Positions 23,811-35,065 of a stretch of 64,000 nt of DNA are shown in pieces (position 1 is the first letter of the stretch; each line of letters opens with the position of its first letter). The stretch covers positions 1,646,244 to 1,710,243 of the forward strand of contig MU058252.1 in NCBI GenBank assembly GCA_013265495.1, given 5' to 3'. The translations under genes were made by a program, and so were the position numbers. The stretch is from Vicugna vicugna (Eukaryota). The notes under the pieces were generated by a model. The model was given only the letters and a program-made list of their open reading frames with translations, was not told the DNA's origin and did no database searches.

Positions 23811-25417
23811 GGATTTGTCGATGGCAACGGCCCCTCCTGCCTCCTTGTGAGCCACACATGGTTTCCTGCGGGGTTTAGAGATCAAAATCAAAATAATTCC
23901 CCGCCTGACTTGCTCTCCAAGTTATGCCCTGTTTTCAGTCTGGTTACGTTTAATTAAGGAAACTGCAAAGAAGGGACCACATTTTTTTCCATTGGAATAA
24001 TAAATAGTACTGTTGGTGAGAACATGGCGGTGGGCTTACAAAGCTTTCTTTGTTCATTTATTTTGTAAACATTGACTTGACGCCTGCTGAGCATGACCTG
24101 TGGCCTTGGGTCGGCAGGTATAGGCGGAGGAGGATAAAGTTGTCCCTTCTGTGGAACCTCATGGTGGGACTCGCCACGTGTGCAAAATGTCTGCGATGGA
24201 GACCAGGTTCTGGTGACCTTGGGAGATAAGGGTTTTGGTCATAGCTTTCGGAAGTGCCACCACCTAAGCCAAGTTTCCCCAGAATTGCTCAGCATAGCTA
24301 GAGAACCCATTTCCCATTGGGCCTCTGGGTACAGAATTTCTTTCCCTGTTAATTGTTAGGTTTGGGACTGAATAGCATTTCATGCTGGTTGGGCGTGTTC
24401 TCTTAAAAGGAACCATTTAAGGTGGCCTGAGGTCACCAATGGTGAGATTTCCCACCCATGAACACCTTTTCCCCCTGAGGGAAGGTTCAACCAGACCCCT
24501 AAGTCCTTAAGCTAAGAGCATAGAGGAAGATTCCCGCATGCTTTAATTGTGGGGTTTAAAGCAGATCTTCAGATTCTGGAAAGGCTGGAGCCTCTGGCTA
24601 GTTCACCCCTCGAGGCAGGGGAAGGGCACCCCCAGGAGAGGCGGACCACTTTATCGGCTGATCTGACTGCGCTGAGAGCCATTGCCTACTTTGCTCTCGG
24701 TGAGGACGGGCCTTGGTGAGTCACACCAACCAGGCTGAATGCCGCTCAGTCTGCAGGCTTCATTTAAAATATTCTGTTTACTGTTTCCTTATCAAGGCTG
24801 ATCATTTCATTAAGTGTTAGGAAGAATCGCAGAGCACTGGTTTGTGACACGATGAGACCGAGATCCTGGAGGACATTTGTCTAGGAAAAATGCATGTCAA
24901 TTCAGTGAGCACAAGACGTGACAAAGAATCCTCAGGTTGATGGGAAAGACGTTTTGATTTGACAGCAAGTGTAACACGATCTCAAGTCATGAATGTGCCA
25001 GGAGGTGCTCCAGGTGAAGGGGCACCAGCCTGAGTCGGATTCGGGGGAAACTTCCTCCATGTGTGGTCCAGTGGAGCCGACGAGTAACTTCTGGAAGGTC
25101 AAAGGTGGAGATCCCCGTTTGGAAACATCCCTACGAAGTTTCACTTCCTTGGCCTCTTCCCTCCTCTCCTCGTAATTCCATCGAAGTATATTCTCCTTAT
25201 ATTTTTAGCCTCTTTGTTTCATTCATTGCTCTGATAGCAAGAGGGCAGATTTTATTTTCGGGTTGGCTGTATTCTATCCCAGGGGTATAAGGGGTGCCAC
25301 ACCAGGAAGAAGGCCCGCGGTCGTGTGTGTTTTAGAAACTCCAACGTGAGTTTTTGCTGGAGGCGTCACAGACCCTGTGATACGCTGATGGGTGTTAGTT
25401 TCTAAGAGGAGGATTTT

Positions 25418-25559
25418 TTATTTTTGGTTTTTTTGGAGGGGAGGAGGTAATTAGTTTTATTTATTTAATTGTTTTTTTAATGGAGGTACCAGGGATTGAA
25501 CCCAGGACCTCGTGCATGCTAAGCACATGCTCTACCACTGAGCTGTACCCTCCCCACCT
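25418..25559 (-). mobile_element. tRNA-Ala-derived SINE (Vic-1-like)
   Basis: tRNA-Ala-like body; TSD taagaggaggatttt (25403-25417) / taagtggaggatctt (25560-25574). Confidence 0.9.
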
Positions 25560-26227
25560 TAAGTGGAGGATCTTACACACCATTTTCTGAACCCATGGGA
25601 GTTCTCCAAAATCACAGGGCTGTCATGGTGCACTCCTCAGGGATGCCGGCCACTTCACAGTCTGATGATCCCTGTTTCTTGGAGGCTCTGCTCCTTTGCC
25701 CCTTACTTCTCAGCTTCTTTTGGCTTGTTTTTTATTTTACCCGTATAACATAGACGCATATAATAAAAAGTGAAAGCTCTATTCACCTCACGCCCCCAGT
25801 TCATCCGCAGAATCCACAGAGTCAGTTCCACTATAAGGTGATCTGTGTGTTCCTAAAAACTACCCTGCTATGCCAAACCGTGCAGTAAAAGCCATGGGGC
25901 ACAGATGAAAAATGGGTTACGGGAACAACACTGAAGAATTTCATCAGCAACATTATAAACAAATACCGGCATCTAATAAAAAACAGTAGCTCAGTTGTAC
26001 ACACGTTAAATGGGTAAGAAATACATAAACACCGCAATAAAGATGGCACTTTACTGTGGAAAAGCTCGGGGTTTGGCTTGCGGATATGAATGTCAGAAAG
26101 ATTGCCGCTTGTGAATCACAGTGAAGTGACGAAAAGAGGTTTGTCTGAAGTTGAAGGGAAGTTCACCTGATGTGGATGAGTGGGGCTTATCACACACGGT
26201 GCCTGCAGGAGCTGGGGGAGCCTCGTG

Positions 26228-26262
26228 GTGTGTGTGTGTGTGTCTGTCTGTCTGTCTGTGTG
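26228..26262. repeat. (TG)n(TCTG)n microsatellite
   Basis: Direct reading. Confidence 0.9.
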
Positions 26263-26629
26263 TTCCTGTGGGGCTTGTTTAAGCTGGGAGTGGATTTCTG
26301 CACTCACTGAATGTTTCTTGTGGACAAAATTGCAAACAAACAAATGCAAAATTCTCATTACACTCAAATTTCCCCGTAACATATTAAACATTTCTAAACT
26401 GGAGAACACAGATCCTGGTAGTGTGTGTTATATTCTCGGGGCGCCATGAATTGTATAAAACAATTAAATTTTTTGTTGTGGTTTCAATGTAATTTTTAAA
26501 AAATGTGAATCTGTCCTGCATCATCTGAGTCACACTTTACAAACATGTATGGCTGTGCAATTTTGGTACCTAGATTTGTCTGAATTTGAGTTTGTGCTAT
26601 TATTAAGCCCAAGTGATGTTCTAAATTGA

Positions 26630-28135
26630 CAAGATTTAAGTGTTAGAAATGTATACTGAGGTATAACATACATACAGAAAGGGCACAAACCTTTGGTGGA
26701 CAAGCTGATGAATTTTCACCCTGTTTTACATGTGGGCAGCACCACTCTGAGATGGAGATAGCGAATGCTTCCAGCTCCCGGAAGGTGCCCAGCTGCTGCT
26801 TCCTAGGTCAGTTCGGCTCCTTCCTGCACATCCGTGAACCAGGGGTAACCAGCTTTCCGAAGTCCATCAATGCTGATCAGCTGTACCTGTGGTTGAAGCT
26901 CCTATAAGTTGTGTCATTCTGTGTGCAACTTTTGTGTGTTGCCATCTTTGACCCATCATCATGTCAGTGCAGTAAGTCCACAGATGTGGAGCAGTTCATT
27001 TTTCATTGCTATGTACTGTTCCAGTGGATAATTATACCACAGTATTTAAAACCCACTCTACTGTTAGTGGACAGTTGAATTGTTTCCAGTGTTTGGACTT
27101 TATAAATCAAGCTGTGATGTATTCTTGGATATATCTTTTGGTAGAAGTATGTGCCAATGTTAGGTGCTGATATATTAACCATTTTATACCTTTTTGGTAA
27201 ATTGACCTCTTTGTCATTAAATAATGACCTTCTCTGTCCTTGTGACAGTTTTGGACTTAAAGTCTATTTTGTCTGATATAAGTACAGCCACCTCTGCTCT
27301 CTTGTGGTTTCCATTTGCATGAAACATCTTTCCCATCCCTTTACTTTCATGTAGAAACTCCCCAATGTTAAAGTGAGTCTCTTACAGGCAGCGTATATTT
27401 GGATCTGTTTTTTTTTTAATCCATTCAGCTGCTCTATGTCTTTTGATTGGAGAATTAATCCATTTATATTTAAAGTAATTATTTATAGGTAAGGCCTTAT
27501 TATTACCATTTTGTTAATTGTTTTCTGATTATTTTATAGTTTTTTAAAATTAATTTATTTTTTAACATTTTTTCATTGAGTTATTGTCAGTTTACTATGT
27601 TGTGTCAAATTCCAGTGCAGAGAACAATTTTTCAGTCATACATGAACATATATATATTCATCGTCATATCTTTTTTGCTGTGAGCTACCACAACATCTTG
27701 TATATATTTCCCTGCGCTATACAGTATGATCTTGTTTATCTCTTCTGCATTTGTCTGTCAGTATCTACAAATTTTGAACTCTCAGTCTGTCCCTTCCCAC
27801 CCCCACCCTCCTCCCCCTTGGCAACCGCAAGTTTGTATTCCATGTCTATGAGTCTGTTTCTGTTTTGTATTTATGTTCTTTTTTTCTTTCTCTTTCTGGC
27901 TTACTTCACTTACAATGACATTCTCCAGGGACATCCATGTTGCTGCAAATGGCGTTATGTTGTCGGTTTTTGTATTTTATAGTTTTTAAATTTTATTCTT
28001 TCTTTTTTGCTGCCTACCATTGTGATTTGGTGATAATTTTTTTGTAGTGGTAGGCTGTAATTCGTTTCTCTTTAACTTTTGGGTCTGTTAATTTTGTGAT
28101 TACCGTGAGGCTACAGAAGCACCTTGACTTAACAG
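26630..28135 (-). mobile_element. Old L1M fragments (3' UTR then ORF2) containing a young L1
   Basis: ttaaagtctattttgtctgatataagtacagccacc, tttccatttgcatgaaacatcttt; interrupted at 27545-27972. Confidence 0.8.
27545..27972 (-). mobile_element. Young L1 3' end
   Basis: Matches 49942-50370; TSD tattttatagttttt at 27530-27544 and 27973-27987. Confidence 0.88.
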
Positions 28136-28139
28136 TTAC

Positions 28140-28245
28140 AGAGGAGGAAGATGAGCTTGTTCTTACAGGTTGAATTTGAGCTACTGTGGGTCAGGCAGAT
28201 GGAGGTGTCACTGGGAACTTGAGAGAGAGAACTGTGGTACAGTGA
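28140..28245. mobile_element. L2 fragment
   Basis: gttgaatttgagctactgtgggtcaggcagatggaggtgtc resembles L2. Confidence 0.5.
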
Positions 28246-28534
28246 TGACCTAATGCTGTAATCCTGGCCTTGGGAATAACCTGAATATTTAATCCTTAAA
28301 GAAGAACTTAACATTGGAGACATACAGTGTTCTTGACCACAGTAGAGGCAGCCGTTGATTATGAAAGTGGATTTCCATCATGAGAACGATTTTTCCTACA
28401 GCTGGAGAGACAGGAGGGTCTTCATGACCTTGCGATCTTTCAGAATCGGGATTGGCTTCATAACTGGCTTGCCCTCCAGCTTGTTCTGTGTGGCCCCTTG
28501 TGAACTACTTTTGCCAGTCTTGGTCTCCAGCTTC

Positions 28535-29072
28535 CATATTATTCCATTTACTCTGGGCATGGAACAAACTACCCCCAAACTTAAGTGGCTTAAAAAATGC
28601 ACATATATTTGGCTCATAAATCTGCAATGGGTGTAGGGACTCAGCAGGGTAGCTGGTGTTCACCCCGTGAGGCACCGGCTGGTGGGGCTTGAAGCCCAGG
28701 GCTGGGTTCTTCTGAGGACTTGCTCACTGACTCATTCATGTATCTGTTCACTGATGCTGGATTTTGACTGAAATCTTGAGTGGAACTCTTGGTTGGAACA
28801 CGCTCCATGTGGTCCAAGCTTCCTACAAATATTGTGGCTGGGTCCCAAGGGCAGGCAGGAGAAGAAGAGAGAGAGAATTGTCTTTTCTGATAGCTTGGCA
28901 AGCTCACAGCATCCCTTCCCTTGGTTTCTAGTCATTAAGATGGTCACACAATCCCTCCCAGTTTCCAGGTAAATAGGCTTGTCCACTTGATGGGGAGTGG
29001 CAAGGTTGTGGATGAGCCTGTGGGACTGGAAGCATCAAGATGGGCATTTTTAGAGGATGCTTTCTGCCACAC
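28535..29072 (-). mobile_element. MaLR MLT1 LTR
   Basis: acaaactacccccaaacttaagtggcttaaa...ttggctcataaatctgca... Confidence 0.75.
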
Positions 29073-30114
29073 ACATAACTGTGGGTCCCATCCTCCTGGA
29101 ACCTGCTCCCAGCCCTTCATCTCACCTCTCCAGCACATGCTGCCCTCTCTCCATCATGCACTGCTGACTGTGGCTCAGACTCACAGAATGGATGGGGCAT
29201 ACGTGGTCCTTTTTCACATTCTCGTGTCTAAACAAAGTGATCAAAGTGACAGCATCAATTCGACAGCCACTGGTGGGGAATGCCAGAGCCAAGAAAAATG
29301 CCTGCAGAGTCCGGGCCTTCCAGATTTTCTTCTCTTGTCAGCAGAAACAGTTAGATTTAGGGACCTGTAGTTAGCAGTGAGATTTAAGATGTTTGGTCAC
29401 ACAAATCAAAAACCACAGGTCTTCTTGGGTTAACTAGGACAAATTTATGATGGAGAATTATGGTTTTTTTTTTTTTTAAAGACACTGTGAGATGAGCTAA
29501 GATTCCTCTGCCGGCAGGGCAATTTTTCCTTTTGAAATTTTAAATTTCTCATCAAGGTGAAAGTCACTGTTGGTGACCTTGTTTACGACTGAGGAAGCAA
29601 TATATTTGCAAAGGGAAGTTCTTCCCAGGAAGTTAGGCTGTCCCTGACTCTTGTTGCAAAGCTGCTTTGATTTATCCACAAGCCAAACTTCCCCGACAGT
29701 AGGGATGATTAAACTGGTCAGCACCTGAAATACGATGCAGGGTAATCTTGACTGGGCGAAGCCACATGGCTGGGACAGATATTCTCCACCAGCACCTGGT
29801 GACCCTGGGCCAGGTGTTCTGAGAAAATTTATAGGGAGAATGGAAAAGCAAAGAAGATGGATGGGAATGGAGAAAACAAATCCCCATTCAGAGACCACTG
29901 AAAGCCAGGGAGTTTGAAGGAAACTCAGATAAAAATGAATACCTCACCATCATTTTTCTAGGTGATCATGCAACACGTGGTATAAAGCAAGTAGTATATT
30001 TGCATAAAAAAGTGACCAAGCACAAGCCATGGAAACTCAAAAGTAATGGTTGTGGTTGTAGAAGTATAGGTGGGTCCATTAATTCATTCACTTGGCAAAC
30101 TTTGTTGAGCAACA

Positions 30115-30266
30115 TTTATTTATTTGTTTGTTTGTTTGTTTAGAGGGAGAGGTAATTAAGTTCATTTATTTATTTATTCCTTTATTTAATGGAGGTGCTG
30201 GGGATTGAACCCAGGACCTTGTGCATGCTAAGCATGTGCTCTACCACTGAGCGATGCCCTCCCACC
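30115..30266 (-). mobile_element. tRNA-Ala-derived SINE (Vic-1-like)
   Basis: tRNA-Ala-like body with (TTTG/TTTA)n tail, next to an L2-like attcattca motif. Confidence 0.9.
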
Positions 30267-30624
30267 TTAAAGCATCTTTCAACTCAAAGTCTGACTCTTG
30301 TGAGTCGTTTTTTTGACGCAGCATCACTAAGATCTACATCTGTGAGCACAATAACGTCCTCTGTTCTGTGAGGTATCGTGAAGGCACGTTCCAGGAAAGA
30401 AGGCGCCGCTGTGTTCTGGGGCTTTTCTCCGAGGCGCTCAGGCCCTCTGTTCATGTTTTGGTTCTGAGGATCCTTCCTTTGGTGATAATATTTGCTTTGC
30501 TGATGTCACATCCGTCCCTGGATGTTCCCTTTGCATGACTATCTGCGTGCCCAGTAACATTCCATCTTCATGCACAATCATGCCATCATTTTTTAATGCA
30601 GCATTTTTTCATTGGTAGAATTAA

Positions 30625-30900
30625 GATTTTTTTCCAATTTTTTATTGTAGTAAAACACACACAAAGAAGTTTACTGTCTTAAACATTTTTAAGTGTACAG
30701 CTCTGTGGTACTAAGCACATTAATCTTGTTGTATAATTATCACCACCGTCTCCGTAACTCTTATCTTGTGAAACGGAAACTCTGTATGCATTAAACAGTA
30801 ACTATTCGATCCCTACTCCCCCCGCCCCTAGAATCTTCTTTATGATCAGTTTAAGGTTTACAGGAAAATTGAGCAGAAAGGCCAGAGAGGCCCTATGAAC
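30625..30900 (-). mobile_element. L1M 3' terminal fragments
   Basis: ttttattgtagtaaaacacac...tttaagtgtacag..tgtggtactaagcacatt. Confidence 0.75.
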
Positions 30901-32126
30901 ACCCTCTCTTGCGTGTCATCCTTTTGAAGACACTGTAGTTAGTGATACAACTCAACAGGTGCAGGGTGGATGACGCATGCTGCTCTGTGGAGGTGAGGAC
31001 AGGTGGGCGGCCAAGACGGGCTCTGCACACGCACCTGTGGCCATCGCTTGGTGGACAGTGACTGAGGACCACGCGTACAGCAGGAGACTGAAGTACAGTG
31101 ATCGCAGGGCCAGAAGGCGTCTTGATTTCTGAGACGTTGAGACGTGAAAAAAGCGTGCTTGTTGGGCTCACTCGGGGGTCCTGCCTTTGCTGACGACTGT
31201 ACAGGTTTAAATCCAAATAGAGCATCTTTGTGGGCTGCACACTGCAGCTACTCTCATTTACCATAGTAAGAATACATGACAGCCTAGAGGGCAAAGGACT
31301 TTGCTCAAGGCCAGACACCTTCAAGGACATTGACCGTTGGCCCAGAGTCAGTAGGACATTCTGAGTTTTCCTTTCTTTCTGTGGAGATGGGGTGCATCGC
31401 CGCCTGCCATTCATAATAGTTTTTGAGAAACAGAAGCCTGCACGTTCATGTCTCATCCAGGAAACAAATCCTCTTGCTCTCCACGTTGGTTCCCAGGGGT
31501 TGGTGAAAACCAACGGGGAAGCATTTACGAAAGGAAAAGTTCGATGGAACAGAGAAGGGTCTTTGTTCAGTTTGGCTTTTTCAAATGGTAATGCACTTTT
31601 CAGACGGCTGAAGACAGTTCTGTTTCCTTCCTTCAGTCTCTCCTACGTGTTCATTTATTCTCAAACGTTGTCCTCAGTAGAAGTGGATCCCAGTTTTTTT
31701 TTTAAAGGCTTTTAAAATGCTTTCAATTAAAAACCTCATTTGCGAGGACTAGCGATTTAATTAGCCCGAGGCCATCTGTGGGATCACTGATGTCTCCGTG
31801 CTCTCGTCCAGAAGCGCAGCCGTGGGGACTCTGGTGGAAGGAGAGTTTATTAGCTCTGCTCCTGTGAGCAGCTCGGCTGAGGTCTCCTGGTCACGTCTAC
31901 CCTGATTTTCTGTCCTTGTTTGACTACTGTGGATCTTGATTTGCTGGACTCCTACAGAAGGCACACAAATTATTGGCAAGCACTGAAATAGACGAAGTTG
32001 AGAAGAGATGGTGTCACAGGCTACAGCTGCTGCTCCTCCAGCTCACGGGCACGCTGACATTGGTGGCTGCGTCCTGACCTAGCTGCAGCTGAGAACTTTC
32101 ATTCTCTAAAGCTCCCAGCTGCGAAG

Positions 32127-32572
32127 TGTGCTCACTTCTTAGGGCGGCTGCAGCAAAGTGCCACAAAATGGGCGGCTTGAAACAACATTTATTCTCTCCC
32201 AGTTCTGGAGGCCAGAAGTCTGAGTTCCAGGGGCCGGCAGGGCCATGCTCTGTCGCAAGGAAGGACCCTGTCTGGCTTCTCCTAGCTTCCGGTTGTGGCC
32301 ACTAGTCCTCCCTGGCTTGCAGCTGCATCACTCCAATCTCTGCCTCCGTTGCCACTTGGCCCTTTCCCCTGTTGTGTGTGTCTCTGTCTCCAAATCTCAC
32401 TTTCCTTGTGCGGTCAGTTCTCATTGGATTTGGCACCCACCCTAATCCGATCTGTCCTTAACTTGGTTACATGTGCAAAGCCCCTGGGCCGTGCAAGGCA
32501 ACACAGTCACAGATTTTGGGGATTAGGACGTGGGGATCCTTGCGTTGGGGGGTGTCGTCTTGCTGACTGTCC
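32127..32572 (-). mobile_element. MaLR MLT1 LTR
   Basis: agggcggctgcagcaaagtgccacaaa.tgggcggcttgaaacaaca.tttattctctcccagttctggaggccagaagtc. Confidence 0.85.
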
Positions 32573-32899
32573 CATCTAAGACCAAAGGAGGAAAGTACAC
32601 GAGAGCAGCAACACAGTGGCCAGCACGGTGCCTCGTGGATGGTGGACACGGGACATGTTGTTTTGAACTGAGTTGGAGTTTATATCCATCTGTTGCTCTC
32701 AAGTTCCCCTCAGTAGGAGAAAAGTTTGGCAGGAACATATGACCTTCCCTCTTGGGACCCAAGAGTTGAGTGTGGGGCCATTTGGATCTGGTCCATGGGC
32801 TGTGAGGTGGGGCTGAGATTCCTAATGAACAGTGATGGAGAGCTTTGGGGAGAAAACCCAGAGGGACAGCAGAGGGACAGCAGTGGATAGTGATGTTAA

Positions 32900-33530
32900 C
32901 CGTAAGAATAGCCCATTATGTAAACAATCCTTCTGGGCAAGTTCTGTGTTAACTGCTGAACATTGTGATATTTAACTCTCACGTGCCTTTATGACGTCGG
33001 AATGTTAATATCCTCGTTATTCAGATGAGGAAACTGCGGCAGACAGTAATAAAATTGTTATGGAAACGGCAGGCCAGCCAAGAAACAAGCACCACTAGGA
33101 GGGTTGGAGTACTCAGATGTATTACGCCGGTGGGCTCAGAGGGGCTTCTGCTCCGAAGCTCTGAGCACCTCCAAGACGTGCACATGAGGTTTTATAGGGT
33201 AGCATCATTATCACAAAAGTGGAGGCAGGGAGGCAGCAAACCAACATTCCAAAGCCAGATATATCTCTTTGAAAATCCAGCTGGCTAGCAAAAAAACAAA
33301 AACAAAAACAAAAAGCAAAAAACATAAACAGGGAATCAGCAAACCAACACTAATTAACTTAGATTTACGAGTTAGTCCAGCAGAACTCAGATCAATATTC
33401 CGATACTTAGATTTGTGAGTTACCTTGTTAGCCCAGCCCGGCTTTTCCTTCACGAAATAACTTGCCAAAGATCAAGAGCTTGCAAGTGGGAGGATTCAAA
33501 TGGAGGTCAGGTCAACCCCGAGTCCATACA
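32900..33530 (-). mobile_element. MIR SINE split by an LTR
   Basis: cagatgaggaaactg before 33055; aacttgccaaagatca resumes after 33458. Confidence 0.7.
33056..33454 (-). mobile_element. ERV1-like solo LTR
   Basis: TG...CG(CA) ends, 4-bp TSD aaat/aaat, minus-strand TATAAAA (33190-33196) and AATACA (33118-33123). Confidence 0.75.
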
Positions 33531-33689
33531 TCAACCCGCTTTCACATGCCTCAGTCATGTTCCTGGTGTCCTGAGTCTCTGGATGTAGCACCTGCAGCTT
33601 CTCCAACAGCCCGGGCTCCCAGAAAAGCAAGCCTGAGGGGGCCGAGCCCAAGACGCTGGTCCCGTCTGCACCAAAGTCTAAACGGCTGA

Positions 33690-34400
33690 GCTGCCCACAC
33701 TCAGCTGGTTGAGAACAAGCTGATTTGCGTCGTAACCATCAGTTCTTTGATTACTATTATTGTGATTTTTTTGTTGTTATTTTCCATCGGCAAAACCTCT
33801 CTTCCCGTGTTGCTTGCAGCTCTGATAAATCGATGGCTTCTAAATGAAGCCCGGTCGAGGCTGGCTGCCCCTGGTGTTCCGGCAAGAGCACCCAGCTGGG
33901 GTGAGCCCTGGATTAGCATTTTAATTGCTGGCTGATTGCTTTCCTGTTGCAAGACTCAGCCCACAGAGGTACAGCGACCAAGCTTCAATCAGTTCCTGCC
34001 TTGATTTACTGGGCCTTTAAAGGACCTCTCCCCTGGCACTTGGAAAGTAATACCCTTACTGCACGGACGGCAATACAGGACGTTCAAGACAAAGAACTGC
34101 CTTTACCAAAATGTGGGCGTCCAAGGTCCCAAGGAAAATTCCTGCTTGAATGGCAGTAAATTTTCTTGGGTGGGTTCTCATGGAGGCAAAGCAAAGCAAG
34201 CCAGAAACCGGGCTCCTCTAAGTTCCGGGCTGGGTATTAGCTCCTTAAGGCCAACGCGGAGGCAGCAGCACTGAGATTCCCTGCCTGGCCTGCTGTGCTG
34301 TGTCGGGGAGCTAGCTCATCAAAGTGACATTTGTTAAGCTCAGCAAATTAATACCCCCGGGTTTCTAGCTACTGTGGGCCATTAGATCTCAGGCTCGGGG
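33690..34400. promoter_or_regulatory. Candidate conserved enhancer block
   Basis: Repeat-free; TGATAAATCGAT (GATA/ONECUT-like), TGATTTAC 34002-34009 (PBX-HOX-like), several TAAT cores. Confidence 0.35.
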
Positions 34401-34409
34401 GAGTTTGGC

Positions 34410-35065
34410 ACCTTTTGGAAACATCTGGATATCTTGTTAAAACACAGGTTCCTGGGCCCAGTCCGTGCAGATCTGACTCAGGAGGGCTGGAGTGTGACCC
34501 AGGAGGGTCTTCATGTTCCCTTCGGTTTGACTACACTTGAGACCGATGTCTTCCTGGCGCTTGGCCCCTGACCTCCCTTGCCTTAGAGCGTTTACTTTAG
34601 AAAACTTAAAATTGTGAATTCTTTCTCTGCCCCTTGAGATGTAAATCTTCTTCCAGGCTCTCACCCATTTTATAGCCCAGGAATGTCCTTCTTGAAGACC
34701 CAGGAGCCATCCTTTTGAAATGTCATCATCAGGTGCCCTGTTTCCCTGTCTCCCTGGGAGGGCAGACACCTGACCGTACAAAGTGCAAATGAGCCTCATC
34801 CCATGGACCGCTCTCCCCGTAACTTCCTCCAGTGCTTTCCCACTAGCTCACCCTGGGGCTTAAAACTCTCCTGCCGTTTGTTTCAGTGGAGTTGGTTACA
34901 TGTCCCTCCCCTGCTGCAACAGTCTTGAATAAAGCCTTCCTTGCTCATTTAGCTCTGTCCAGCACAAGTTTTCTTTGACAGTTCAGCCTGAATGCCTGCA
35001 TGTCTGATGAGCGCCCAGGTGGTGGTGGTGATGGCGGTCTACGGGCAACACGGTAAATAGCAGGA
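34410..35065. mobile_element. MER5-like DNA transposon split by an LTR
   Basis: cttgttaaaacacaggttcctgggcccca...gactcaggagggctgg; resumes ctgcatgtctgatgagcgcccaggtg. Confidence 0.6.
34514..34980 (+). mobile_element. ERV1-like solo LTR (MER34/MER39-like)
   Basis: TG...CA ends, AATAAA 34928-34933, homologous to 19592-20128. Confidence 0.8.

Noticed and set aside
30893..31513. 206-aa minus-strand ORF
   Set aside because: No recognisable domain or splice context; consistent with a chance ORF.
32860..32884. 11-bp tandem duplication cagagggacag
   Set aside because: Ordinary slippage duplication.
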